NCBI GenBank assembly: GCA_951406725.2
Contig: OX597816.1
Location: 75,206,001-75,270,000 of the forward strand
Direction: 5' to 3'
Origin: Octopus vulgaris
Lineage: Eukaryota
Length of the DNA stretch: 64,000 bases
A program made the translations under genes and the position numbers. The notes below the pieces were generated by a model that worked only from the letters and a program-made list of their open reading frames with translations, did no database searches and was not told where the DNA came from. Below, one piece after another: positions 11,070 to 24,350 of the stretch; the stretch's first letter is position 1, and each line of letters starts with the position of its first letter.

Positions 11070-12269
11070 CTGAAAAACAAGAAGTAGAAATTAAGACTTC
11101 ATCATCATTGTTTAATGTCCACTCTCCATGTTGGTGTGGGCTGGATGGTCTGACCTGGAGTTGGCTAGCAGGGAGCTGTTCAGACTCCAACTGTTTGTTG
11201 TGGTATGGTTTCTATAGCTAGATTATTATTATTATTTATTATATAATAAACATTTAAAAATATTCGGCCAAACGACACCTTCAGTGAGGAGATGGAGGAG
11301 AACAGGAAGGAGAGATAGGTGTGTGTAGACAGCTGTAGCTTACAATACACATACACACCTACACATTTATGTATTTCAGGTATAACACACAGTCTAGTTC
11401 TGGTTGTTTAAACATATTAAGAAATAAAAAGTAGAGTATTATAAATGTTAAGAGGAAGATATTTAATGTATCACGAGTAAGGGAACCTAGTAAATCTTTA
11501 GATATATATTATTGAAAAGAAAAAAGTGTTTGTGCTGCTGTCACATTAAAAGCACCCAGCACACACTGTAAATGGTTGGCATTAAGAAAGGTATCCAGCA
11601 GTAGAAACCAAGCCTAATTAGACTGGAACTTGGTGCAGCTCTCCTACAGGCAAGCTCTGCTCAAACCATCCAGCCCATGCCAGCATGGAAAACGGATGTT
11701 AAAGGAAGATGATGTAATGTCATTATTGTCTCTGATGACAATTTATCTTGAAGTTTATGCTGTTAACAAGAATCATTGATATTCTATAACCATAACTAGA
11801 AAGTTAGATTAACTGCTGGAGTAGCATGACAACCAGATAAGCACAGTGCTGATGTTATATTTTGGAACTGAAAATGCATTATCTGACTTGGGAAAGGTCT
11901 TCCAACTGTAAAAATACCTTCATAAAATAATTAAAATTTTCAGAACTATCCACAAAATGGCAGAGGACATGCGTAAGACATTAAAAAGTCAAATTCTCTT
12001 CTCAAATCCAAGAGGTTATCAGACATTTATTATTGTGTAATATTATGTAGTAGACATATAAACAGAGAAAATTTAATTATTTCTTCATAGACTGAAAAAA
12101 ATAAACAGCTTCAATTGATTTCTGAACCTCATTAGGTTCTCATCAGATGTCTACACCACTTGGCCAATCCCAAAGAAATAAGTAGCCAGTCTGTTTAAAA
12201 CACAACAAATACTTTATTTAATATCAGCTGCCTGTCAACAGGGATTTCAGTCCATTCAGTAACAAGGTC

Positions 12270-12735
12270 ATCATCATCGTTTAACGTCCGCTTTCCATGC
12301 TAGCATGGGTTGGACGGTTCAACTGGGGTCTGGGAAGCCCAAAGGCTGCACCAGGCCAGTCAGATCTGGCGGTGTTTCTACAGCTGGATACCCTTCCTAA
12401 CGCCAACCACTCCGTGAGTGTAGTGGGTGCTTTTTATGTGCCACCGACACAGGTGCCAGACGAGGCTGGCGAACGGCCATGCTCGGATGGTGCTTTTTAC
12501 GTGCCACCGGCACGGAGGCCAGGCGAGGCTGGCACGGCCATGATCGGATGGTTTTTGTTACGTGCCACCAGCACGGAGGCCAGTTGATGTGGTGCTGGCT
12601 ACGGCCAAGTTCTGATTGTTCTCTTATGTGCTACCGGCACTGGTACCACAAACTACAAATTCCATTGATGTAGATCGATTTCGATTTGATTTTTTGATTT
12701 TCACTTTCCTCAACAGGTCTTCACAAGTAGAGTTA
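12270..12735 (-). mobile_element. Young RTE 3'-end fragment
   Basis: (ATC)n tail plus RTE 3' end with intact CpGs. Terminal part near-identical to 57541-57735. Confidence 0.85.
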
Positions 12736-13043
12736 TGTATGATATAATATATATAAACCTATATAGATGACACATAAACATAGCAGATTTAACTATTTTT
12801 CTGTAGGCTGAAAAAGTGATGAACCACCTCAATTAATTTTTGAACTTTAGCAGGTTTTCATCAGGGATCACTTGAGTAATCCCTAAGAAATAAGTAGCCT
12901 ATTGGTTTATACACACAACAAATCCAGTAGCTTCAAAGAACAGGGGCTGCTAATTTGCATACTATAAGTATTTAATCCTTCTTTTAATATCAACAGCTTG
13001 TCAACAAGGATTTCAGTCCACACAGTATCAAGGTATGATATAA

Positions 13044-13258
13044 TATTGATTTCAAATTTTAGGAAAAGCTAGTAATTTCAGGGTGGTAGGTAACTTGATT
13101 ACATTGACCCCAATGCTCAACTGGTTCTTATCTTATTGACTCTGAAAAGATGCAAGGCAAAATCAACCTTGGTGGAATTTGAACTCAGAAAGTAAAGACA
13201 CTGATAAAATGCTACTAAGCATTTTGCTCAGTGTGCATTCTGCCTGTTTGCCTCCTTA
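13044..13258 (-). mobile_element. Meta-domain-like SINE
   Basis: gattacattgaccccaatgctcaactggttc...aaggcaaaatcaaccttggtggaatttgaactcagaa. Confidence 0.75.
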
Positions 13259-13343
13259 ATGAATGATATTATAAAATATTTGCAAAATATTGTAAAATAT
13301 CCTGTCAATCAGAAACAATAATACACAATCAAAAGACACTTGC

Positions 13344-13504
13344 CTCAATAAATTCCATTTCCTCAGGTGTAAGAGACTTTCTGTGGTACTTGGCTGGTAA
13401 ATCTTCCCATTCTAAACTGGTAGCTAAAGTTATGTTTGTAGATTTGGAAACATTAGGTGAAGCTGATGGTATCATATTTAGTGAAGAAGTAGATTTTACT
13501 ACCC
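13344..13504 (-). CDS. MRPS36: MRPS36/KGD4 exon 3
   Basis: Acceptor tgctgtttcAG. 161 nt, (G)VVKSTSSLNMIPSASPNVSKSTNITLATSLEWEDLPAKYHRKSLTPEEMEFIE, containing the LP.KY.RK....EEMEFI family motif. Donor is GCAAGT (non-canonical GC). Confidence 0.92.
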
Positions 13505-13689
13505 CTGAAACAGCAATACATATTGTATTAAGTCTAGCATAAATTACATTTTCTTATCAGTTATTTGTGAAGGAGTTTACAATCATAAGAAATGTGGTGC
13601 TGAAGTATTTAACATCAGCTCAGTTCAGACAACATTAAGTTATACAAAGAGAAAACAAGATTAAAACCCTTCAGAAAGAAAAGTAAACA

Positions 13690-13916
13690 TTAACCCTTTA
13701 GTATTTAAACCAGCCATATCTGGCCCAAATATTCTACAAATTTAATGTTCTAACTGGCCAGATCTGGCTTCTAATATCTACCCTACAAGGTTATTTTACA
13801 AATAGACAATCACATCATCAAAATATCGAAGCTACAAGATAATGCATGATCAATTAAAAACAATGTGAATAAATAAGCGTTACACTTACAGAATAATTTG
13901 AATGCTAAAAGGTTAA
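13690..13916. mobile_element. piggyBac-like MITE (copy 2)
   Basis: TTAAccctttag...ctaaaaggTTAA: TTAA flanks with short CCC-starting inverted ends. Confidence 0.65.
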
Positions 13917-16900
13917 AGCAGTGATGATGATATTCATCATCTAATTAACTAACTTTCTAAAAACTGGCACAGACATGGTTATGTGGGTGAGAAGCTTACT
14001 TCCCAACCATGTGGTTTCAAGATTAGTCCCACTGTGTGACACCTTGGGCAAGTGCCTTCTACAACAACCCCAAGCAAATGATCAAAGCTTTGTGAGTGGA
14101 TTCAGGCGGTAGAAATAAAAAAACAGCCCACTGTATTATATCATCCTTTTTTCCATGCTGGCATGTGTTGGACAGTTTGACAGAAACAAGTGAGCCAGAG
14201 GATTATACCAAGCTTCAGTATCTGCTTTGGCTTGGTTCCTACAACTTGATGTCCTTCTTAATGTTAAGCACATGTGTGCATGCTTTTCGTGTAGCTTTGT
14301 CTTGACATCATTATGGTTGTAAATGAGAATCACTGTCATACAAGCAATGTTGATCATTTCCTATCTTCCACAGAATATTTATTTTTATTGCATTTTTGGT
14401 TTATTTCACCAGATAACTTTTGATCTATAGTTGCCACTGTAACTGAATCATGTATAGAATATCATCCAATCTCTCTCAATAAGAAACATCATTTGAGCCA
14501 ACAAATATCTTAACTCAATGAAGAAGTCTCAAGAAACTTGCCCAACTACAAATATCCCTCAAATCCTACACTATACCACTTTTGAAATGGAAGGACACAC
14601 TGCATGATGCAGTCTTAGATGCAGTGGAATGATATTCACAGGAATAAATTTGACCATAAATCTAATGAATTCAGCTAAACAACAAAATCAACGTTGACAA
14701 ATACTAAGAGAAATGCATTTAACTAGATACCAAATAGGGGCTAGACAAATTTAAAAGGACTAAATAACTATGCTGGTATAACACTTGCAAAAACATCTTC
14801 AAATTCAGCAAAAAAGAAAATCTGCTTTTACCATATTCAGAGACTAGATCTAGAGAGATTGCCAGTTAGTGCCAGAAACTTGGCACAAGCAAATCCAAAG
14901 ATCAGTCTTCAGTGAGAGAGAGAGAGAGAGAGAATTATGTTCAGAAAACAACTTGTCTATATTGACCATGAATAGAGTGAGACAATCAGACTATTAGGGA
15001 CATCTTTATAGATGAAAAATATTTTAACATTTACATCTATACTACTTTTAACTATTTTCCTGCCTGTGTTTCACATAGTGATAAGCAGGATATATTTCCC
15101 TGGTGTCCATGCATCATATACGATATGGATTCTCATTTTTATTCAACCACCAGAGTAATTTGGGACTTTTGGAAGGAAAGCTTTATATTACTCACAACAT
15201 ACAAAACAAAGCTAACTAAAAGTTTGAAAACAAGCATGGATGTTTAGGGTAAACTTATGATAAGAAAAGAGTTAACTGACTTGATCTCCAGTTATCATCA
15301 GATCACTTCCTCAGTTTGTACACAGTGTTGGACAACTCTTAGTTTAGTTCAAATCCAGCCTGGGACTGTGTACACATCCAAGGCAACTGAAGATAAAACT
15401 GATCAAAACATTAAAAGACTTGTCCAAATAATGACAATTTTATTACCAACTCATGTCAGATATTTAGTGACCACTAAATTTCTTGTGACAGTTTTCTTGT
15501 TGCTCTGGTGTTAGAATTCAACTCTGCTTATGATTTCTCATGTCAAAATCTACACTGAATTACTTTCTCTCAATTTTTAACAATCTGCTACTGTTGAAGT
15601 AATGACTGCTCATTTTTCCCCTACACCATTGAGAGTCAGTCCTTTAACTTATTTCTATCAAGTAGCTAACTTGGTGGTGTACTTTATAGTGCATTAAAGA
15701 CAAATGTAGTGTTTCTAAGACAAGGTAACCAGATGGGGACCATCCCACTCAATGCCATATAATAAAATACTTGCTACTGTAAACAGTGCACTCCCTGCTT
15801 GCAGTTTTATTCCTGTCTTGGACAGTCAGATTTAAATGTCCTTGTATGGTACTAGTGATGGAATGTGAATGATAGGACCTTTGACCAAGAATCTAACATC
15901 CTAATGATTTAGTCAGATGTCTCCCCTGAACTTGTTGACCTTGCACCAAAATTTGAAACCAATATATAAAGAATGGGTTTAATCGGTTAGATCAACCTCT
16001 GTACTTTACTGATAATTAATTGTATCAAACACAGAAGTTGTAAAGGCACAGCTTACTTTCACACTAACCGAAATCCAAGAAGTTAAAGAAGAGTAATTGA
16101 ATACTGAAAATTATTTTGCCTGACTCTGCTATTTCTGCCAACAATTACAAACAGTTAGCATGCCAGACAAAATGCTTAGCAGCATTTCGTCCATCTTTAT
16201 GTTCCGAGTTCAAATGCCACTGAGGTCAACCTTGTCTTTCATCCTTTCAAGGTCGATGAAATAACCTGCCCACAAAATTTCAGGCCTTGTGCCTATAGTA
16301 GGATTATTACTACTGTTGCGTATATCAATATATGGTACTCATGTAGTACAGGTTTTGTAACTTCTATCACAAACCATGCTTACAACCACATTACATCTAG
16401 ACATGAATTAGATGAGCAGCACCCAAACTGCTGGTCACACCCAGTAACAAAACAATTTTAACCCTTTTATCATACATCTGCTTAAATACACTGCCTTTGT
16501 TTCAATTAATTTTGAAAAATAATGAATTTGTTAAAATAATTTTGTCATTATTAAACTAGTATTTGGAATAGAAATTAACATGAAATTTTGGTAGACAGCT
16601 TTAATTTAGATCACTTTAAAACATAGAATTTGTATCATAGAACAAAGGAGGGCTAGTATGAAAAGTGTTACACTAAAGCTGCAAACAGTAATAAACTAGT
16701 AAACTCTACTTTCATGTGGTACCCACTTACAACATGTCATAAAGCACATTGAGCTGAGTGCACAACCATTCAGCTTGTTGACCAATACCTTAACAATTTA
16801 GCTGCACACAGTGCCAAAAGCATTTTTACTGATTTAAATCCAATGGCATCTGCAGTCTTGAAGCATTAGTCTTTGCTTCTAGCTAGACACTATAATTCAA

Positions 16901-17819
16901 TGCCATACCATACCTCCAAACACCATTAATTAATTAATAGTGGATATATCCAGACACCATTAATCAGTGGTATATATCTGGACATTATTAATCAATGCTC
17001 GTCATCGTTATTGCCACAGTTTTAACATCTACTTTTCCATGCTTGCATGAATCTGATGAGAGTACATTGGAGCAGCGTTTTTTTGTTTTTTTTACATCAA
17101 GATCTCCTTATTATCTTGCTTCAGTCTACTGAAGAATAAACAGTCTATTTTATGCAAAAGATTAGAGACAAATGGCACCAGCTGAACGAGCCATTTTTGC
17201 AACATGTCATAAAGCCCAGTCTTGCTTCCATGGTGGGCTGCAAACAAACAACACTGTCAGGAAGTCATTGTTCACAAACCAGTGAATGTGAGGAAATACA
17301 AGCTCACACACATATCATCATCATTTAATATTCATGCTTGCATGGTTCAGATGGAGTTTATTGGAGGTAAATTTTCTTGTCACCAACCCTCACCTGTTTC
17401 CAAGCAAAGTAATATTTCTCTATGGTCAGACATGATCTTGCAGAATATTGGAAATAAATGAGTGACAAATCATTTTACAACTATCAGGTGATGTCAAGAC
17501 AAGGAGACACAAATACATACACTGTCATGCACATATGTATGCAACGGGCTTCTTTCAGTTTCCATCTACTAGACCCACTCACAAGGCTATAGTAGAAGAT
17601 ACTTGCCTAAGGTGTCATGCAGTGGGATTGAACCTGGAACCATGTAGTTGGGAAGCAAGCTTCTTATCACACAACCACTCAAATATCATATCAAGAAACC
17701 GTTAATCAGTGTTACATATGTATCTAGACACCCTTTATCAAGTGGTGTTGATTAATGTTGTTTTTGTGCAATTATAACTGTTGAAAACACAAGATTTAAT
17801 CAATGTTAGTAAGAAATAC

Positions 17820-17871
17820 CTTTTGCTCTTCGGTCAGGAAACTTAATTAAAGGCACATGTGGCTTTATGGC
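17820..17871 (-). CDS. MRPS36: MRPS36/KGD4 exon 2
   Basis: ttttttttgcAG|GCC ATA AAG CCA CAT GTG CCT TTA ATT AAG TTT CCT GAC CGA AGA GCA AAA G|GTattt = AIKPHVPLIKFPDRRAK, the KPH.PLI.FPDRR N-terminal family motif. Phases are compatible with exons 1 and 3. Confidence 0.93.
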
Positions 17872-18344
17872 CTGCAAAAAAAATATATATTTAATGTTAT
17901 ATGAGAAGAGATTTAGATCCTTATGCTAGTGATGGTAATTTGCCAACAAAACCAATAGAGAATGGAGAGAGTCCTTTGTCTTGTGAGGCAACATCTCCGA
18001 TATTAGTACCTTGATATTAGTACCACTCACTCTGTTGCAAGACCCTGACCAAATCAAACAAACAGAACAGTAAATAATAAGTTTGTTCTTGTTATTGTGT
18101 AGTTCTAGGTCGACTCTAATTGAACAAGCAGACATACAGTATATAGGTAATCAGTTGAATGATTAGCTGTGACCAACATCACCAATCCCTTGCTCCAGGT
18201 ACAGCAGGATTTTACTTTTTGAAGGACTATACTGTATACTTCAACATTCAGTGATATATCATATAAGGTACACTGTAGCAATCTCAACAAATATTTTGTC
18301 TACTCTCCACCCTATATCTGACTGTATGTCAGTAGGCTCTAAGT

Positions 18345-18684
18345 TAATGGTTCTCACCTGTTTTTTTTTTACCTATGGACCCGTTTCATTACTATTTTAC
18401 TCTAGTGGATCCCCATTGCTACTCAAAGTTTAAAAACTAATTTTATAGATACTTCTTTCAAAATCCCTATTTTGTTTTTCAGACATTAACTTGTGTAGGT
18501 TGAACTATGTAAAATGTTAGAGGAAGAAATCTGTTTCTTGTCATAAATACATGTAAAGCAACATTTTTTCATGGAACCTTAATATACTACTACAGATCCC
18601 CAATTTACTACTTTGCTTGCATGGACCCCCAAAAATCTTATATGGACCTCTAGGGATCATATGAACCCCAGTTGAGAACTGCTG
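18345..18684. mobile_element. hAT (Charlie-like) MITE
   Basis: Ends taatggttctcac and gttgagaactgctg. 8-bp TSD ctctaagt (18337-18344) / ctctaggt (18685-18692). Confidence 0.75.
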
Positions 18685-20079
18685 CTCTAGGTGATGTCCA
18701 TACCAGGGATATCTTGACAGTGTTATAAGCCCCCCGGAAAAGTAATGCACAAGGGCCTATAGTATTTATTTATTGATAACAAGCTGCAGCTTACATAGAT
18801 AAGCATGGACCCTCTAGATCTCTACCCCCGCCCCACCAGGCAATCGTCTACTGTGCTCATATCTTAAGATGGTACTGGTCTACAACTGATGTGAGCAAAG
18901 TGGACTAAGAATGCAACATTTTAAAAAAGTATGCTTGTTATATATACTATTCAAGATGTGTATCACAAGACAATGTTCAAAGAAAAAAAAAAGAGACAAA
19001 CTCTGACAATCCAAAAGAAACTATAATATAAGCATTAAAAGTTCTTCCAAACTAGTGAACTTGATGTTAATGTTCAGCTTAAATTTTTGTAGATAAAACA
19101 TGGTTTAGAGGGAATTTCCAGAAGACAGTACTTCTAGTAAAGACTGAGAAAATTGTTTAATTAGGGGTTGGAGATGAGACCCAGTACTGATGATATGTAA
19201 CAGAGGCAGAGAGGCTTGGGTATAATGTATGCAGCTTGGTATTTCAAAGAAACAGAAGCTGTAGAACTTGTTGTTTAGCCCCAGGTCAGTCCTGATCAAG
19301 CAGCTCAATAATCATAGCAGATGTCCCATCTCTTTTCTACATAAGGGACTAGTGTTTAATGTGTCTTTGTTTATTTAAAATAGGAGGGCACAATTTGAGA
19401 GAGACTTAACAGCTACTTCTAGTAGGTTGATCAACCATACAGAGAAGAGCAGAGAACCATTCGTTTTAGTACTGGGGGAGAATTGTAGGTGCTTAAGAAT
19501 ATGGTGATGTATCAGGGTTGAGAAAATAATTTTACAAATTCAAAAATAAGTAACTTATATTAAATTACTGTTTTGGCATTAAGGTTTTAACTTTTTTTTT
19601 ACAATGGATTTTTATATACTTCATTAATGAGTGGTTGCACATTTGAATGTGGGCAAAATTCTCTGAGTAAGATGTTGTCCACACCTAGTGTGGAGGTTTA
19701 CACCCAAACTGATCTGTGCAATACTAGAAGATATATAGAAGAGAAACAAAACAATATATTATTAGGTAGCAAAGGCTCGTACATGTGGTATGTTGGAGGT
19801 GAGAAACAGCTAGTATGAGCCATTTTGCAAGTGGAATAGGTAAATCAAAGATGATTAATTCTTCATTTTCAGTGTTTATAAAAAAAAAAACAGGGACAAT
19901 AAACAGGTTTCCAAAGCTAAAGTTTAGCAAGTTAAACTCATACAGAGTCAACTAATGAAAATAAACATCTGAAGGCATCAAGAACTTATACAGGCTTTAC
20001 ATTAAAGGTTAGTAGCAAAAATACATATATAACAAGCATACTTTTTAAAAATCTCACTATTGACCTAATTAACTGGACT

Positions 20080-20691
20080 TTTAGTGTGTGCGCATACGCC
20101 TTTGGTGATTTAAGAAGTTCGCAGACACCTAGAATGATTGCCTAAAAAGTCTATTTTGTCTATTTAATCCGTTATAAACATTAAAAACAACTTTTGTTTA
20201 TATTCCTTAATATCAAGGCGTACAATAATTTATTGATACATTATAGTGAATAATTCATTTGACAATTTCCAAAGAGTTTAAAATCGCATAACATGACATT
20301 GGGATAAAGCAGTTTACTTCGCTCATCCCAAAATTCGGGGAACGAATCCAATGCACACGATACTTGATAAAAAATCTTCTGGAAGAGCCTGGAGTCGACT
20401 AAGCTCTGAGTAAAAAGTGAATAGTCGGAAATTGTATGGGAAGCCCGTCGAATTCGTGTCATTGCTTATTACACTGATAGTTAACCATCAAATTTACTTT
20501 AAGGGATGAAGTGCACGTGGAATGGCCAATCACTTACACTATAAATCGAGTTTGTTGTTCGAAGAACGGGGACATTAATTCGTCGAAAACGATACAAGTT
20601 CAATTCGCCTAAGTACAGCTATGCATCTGAAGCTTGTCATTAATTTTAAGCGTTTTTATTATTTACAAGAAATCATAAGAAATACCAATCC

Positions 20692-20790
<99 letters not shown>

Positions 20791-21099
20791 ACAAAAATAT
20801 CAATATACTCTCTTTAATTCAATAGTTTATTGTTCTGGGTTATAAGAAAAATACATTAAGTTGATTCAATAACTTGCAATAACCTTACGAAATGTGGACT
20901 CAATCCACTGTAAAATAAACCAAAGTATCATTAGTAAAGATAGTTTAAGGTCAAAAAAAAACTCTGAGGAAAACCGGTCTTATCATTTGGCGTCGATAAT
21001 TAAATTGATCGATTGCATCAAGTCTCACCCTCATAAACAATTATACACGCACAAATGTGTACGTGTGTATAATTATATATATATATGTGTAGGGTGGGG

Positions 21100-21134
<35 letters not shown>

Positions 21135-22200
21135 ACATAATTTAACTAAACTTTCACAACTACTTCTATATTTTATATAATAAAAGAAGGGAGGTTCTGA
21201 TGGTTGTAAACATGGACCGTATAGAAAATTGCCCATGTGCATGGTAAAAGTTGACAATGACATCTATTTATTTCGTCATTTTGGTGAAAAGGTAAACAGG
21301 ACAACATGACACGAGTCGGAAGGCAGTTGTTATTTAACCATAGGTTGTCCCTGATGGAGCAGACGTATGCTTAAAGTTATTCCAACAGTTCCATCACATG
21401 TTTTTTCTTACGCGCAGAGAACCTAAAACTACAGTACCCAAGGAGTCCTACCCTAAGACGATGGGGTATATTGTGAGAGGAATTTAGCAGCTGCTTTCCG
21501 CAGATCAAGAAAGCGCGTAAAGATTCCCTCATTGGCTCATAATACAAAGGTCAAATATACAGGTAAATAAGAAAACGGGCATGTCTTAAAGTGGAGTCTA
21601 AAAAAAACTATGAATATACGGTTGTTTATAGAAGGAACGAAGATGAAAAATAAAATAAGTACAACTCTTTATACGATGACGTTCGTTATGCAATAACTCA
21701 CTCTTATCGTCCGGACACCAGATGCTGCCATATTGAGTCGACCTTCTTTACACTCCAAAAGTTATTTCCCTTGTCATTTGGATTGGTGGTGCATGCAAAA
21801 TTTATATCATTTTCAAGGGATTTAATAAAAGATAGATACCTAAACTATATACGAAGCAAAATTTGAACACACACACACACATGTATTTTCGACTGGACAA
21901 ACGCAAGAAGTGGTACTAGCACTCAGCTAATTTGTTTTGGAGTTACTTATATTTTTAATAATAGTTCTGACTGATACCCATTTGACTTAAAGTTTCATGG
22001 CTGCATAGGGTGAACCCAGCTCATCAGGTCCATCCTACGCGCCCACGAAATTTTAAGCCATATGGAATTCAGTCAACGGTTATGAAATATATGTGCGTGT
22101 GCTTAGTGGTTAGGGTAATCGGGTCATTATCGTAAGGTCGTAAGTTCGATTCCCAGCGGCGTGTTGTGTCCTTGAGCAAGACATTTTATTTCATGTTGCT
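20080..22200. promoter_or_regulatory. CpG-retaining region around the MRPS36 start (putative unmethylated promoter and first intron)
   Basis: CG dinucleotides are visibly frequent in unique sequence here and depleted in the surrounding gene bodies. ATTGG (CCAAT on -) at about 21782, upstream of the ATG. Confidence 0.5.
21702..21731 (-). CDS. MRPS36: MRPS36/KGD4 exon 1 (coding part)
   Basis: aatATG GCA GCA TCT GGT GTC CGG ACG ATA AGA|GTGAGT = MAASGVRTIR, with a consensus donor, phase 0. Assembled protein is 86 aa with a basic, acid-free N-terminus compatible with mitochondrial targeting. Confidence 0.85.
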
Positions 22201-22410
22201 CCAGTGTATTCAATTAACACAAATTAGTTGTACCCGTAATTCTAAGGGCCGGTTTTGTCACATTTTGTGTCATGCGGAATCTTCTTGAGAACTATGTTAA
22301 GGATACACATGTCTATGGAGTACTCAGCCACTTTCACATTAATTTCACGAGCAGGCTGTTCTGCTAATTGGATCAACTGGAACCTTTGTCGTTGTAACCG
22401 CTGGAGTGCC
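22100..22410 (+). mobile_element. tRNA-derived SINE with CORE-like body
   Basis: A-box-like tagtggttagg, B-box-like gttcgattccc, then gtccttgagcaagaca...ttgctccagt. Related copies at about 30700-30980 (+), 32900-33100 (-) and 56360-56632 (-). Confidence 0.75.
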
Positions 22411-22791
22411 AGTATATATATATATGTATTTTTTCACTCATTTATTTTTATTCATATATTTGTTTTTATTTATCAAATTATTTACTTGTTTATTTGTTTA
22501 TTTATTTTGATTACTTGTACATATGATTGTAATAAATAAATTAATAAATTGATCCAATGGATGTTGTCGATTGATTATCCTCTCCATTTTCTTATTTGCC
22601 TTATAAATTCTGGGTAAATTTCTGCATTACCCCCACTCATACATATTATTCAATTGCGCTACTGCCCTGCAATAGTAAGCACTTAGATATAAATACGTGG
22701 GTATACATTCAGCAGTATATTGGATATTTATTATCCCTTAGATGGTTGTTTAACCTCTAACTCATACACACACACACACACACACACACAC

Positions 22792-23142
22792 ATATTTTGC
22801 AGAAGTAACAGAGTGACTCAAGGTCTGAGAGTTTTGGTTGTGCCAATGTACAAAACTCTCAAACCTTGTATCACTCTGTTACTTCTGCTAAATATTAATA
22901 AGAGTATACATATACTCATATTTGAGTTCTATTTTTTCCTGTTTGCATCAACATACCTATATATATGTTTTGAGAAGTTAAAAGTTATGACCAGTCATAA
23001 AGTGACCATTGGTTTCACACCTATAAAGCACTTAGCAGTATAGGTGACTCGTCAGATTCAAATGGCTGCATATACAGTCTATAAATTAGGTGCAAGACCA
23101 ATAGTCACTCTATGACCAGCCATAACTTTTAACATCCTAAAA
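22792..23142. repeat. Two adjacent imperfect inverted repeats (MITE-like hairpins)
   Basis: 22792-22895 has ~45-bp arms (atattttgcagaagtaacagagtga / tcactctgttacttctgctaaatat). 22968-23142 has ~55-bp arms (gttaaaagttatga..gtcata / tatgac..cataacttttaac). Confidence 0.85.
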
Positions 23143-23299
23143 AAGTAGATTGCTGCTCTAATGCATTAGAGTGTGCTTTTTTTTCTGATATGTGAACTGC
23201 TGACAATTCATATACCTAAAAGTAACCAGAAACGTTCTCTGTGGGACAAGCCCATTGTAGTTCAGGCTTCCACTGCTAGAAGCCACTTGATGAGACCAT

Positions 23300-24350
23300 C
23301 AAACATAAGTTTGCTGACTGGTGGCAGTGGTTGAGGTTGTATTGAAACTTGGTGTGTCTTTGTGTTGCAGTGCTTCTCCCCTGTTTGTTTGTCGATTTTT
23401 GTGATGGCTGAAATGAAGGAACAGTGTGCTTCCATGAATTTCTGTTTTATGCTGGGGAAAATGGTAGCTGAAAAAGTTGTCATGCTTCAAGCAGCTTACA
23501 AGGACACTGCCATGAGCAAAACACAAGCTTACAAGTGCTTTTCTCGCTTTAAGAAGGGTCACTTGTTGCTTGAAGACCAACTTCATTTAGAGACAACATT
23601 GGCCTCCTGAATGACTGAAAACATCATGGAAATTCATAAATTGATCTTGGAGAACTGTCACCAAATAATCGACAAACTTGTTGATATGACTGGTGTGTCC
23701 TGGAGCTCCTGCTAATAAATTTTGAATGAGGAATTGCAAATGAAAAGAGTTGCAGCAAAATTTGTGCCTTGTTTGCTCAAGGGAGATCAAAAACACTTAT
23801 GATTGAATGTGTGTCGTGAACTGAAAGAACAGTTGGAAGTTGATCCAGACCTTTATTCAAAGGTCGTCACTGGTGACAAAAGGTGATGCTACAGCTACAA
23901 CCTGGAAACGAAGCAGCAATCAAGTCAATGGAAGCATTCAATGTCACCACGTCCCCAAAAAGCGCGTGAAGTGAAATCCAATGTCAGACGATGTTGATTT
24001 GTTTCATTGATGCAAAAGGAACTGTCTGGTCAAGCTGTTAACCAAACATTTTACTTTGCAGTTCTGAACCATTCGTGTGACACGGTGAGACAAAAATGCC
24101 CCTACCTGTGACAAAATAGAGAGTGGTGGTTTCGTCACAACAATGCACCTGCACACAGTGTGAGTCAGTTTGGTTTTTTTTACTAAAAATGGCATGGCCC
24201 CACTTAACCCCCTCTCTATTCACCTGATCTTGCTCACTGTGACATTTTTTGTTCCCCCAAATGAAAAAGTCCTTAAAGGAAAACGTTTTGCAGATGTGGA
24301 AGAAGTGAAGGGGAAAAAACGATGGAGGCGTTAAAAGGCATCACTTCACA
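23300..24350 (+). mobile_element. Decayed mariner transposase (irritans-like)
   Basis: EQCASMNFCFMLGK..MLQAAYKDTAMSKTQAYKCFSRFKKG, AKFVP.LL, VVTGDK, HNNAPAH, YSPDLAHCD motifs with stops and frameshifts. TIRs not defined. Confidence 0.88.

Noticed and set aside
19105-19308. HLQPLIKQF as the MRPS36 PLIKF motif
   Set aside because: A much better exon with proper splice sites is at 17820-17871.
20241-20462. 73-aa minus-strand ORF as an MRPS36 exon
   Set aside because: Exons 1 and 2 join in frame without it and it has no family similarity.
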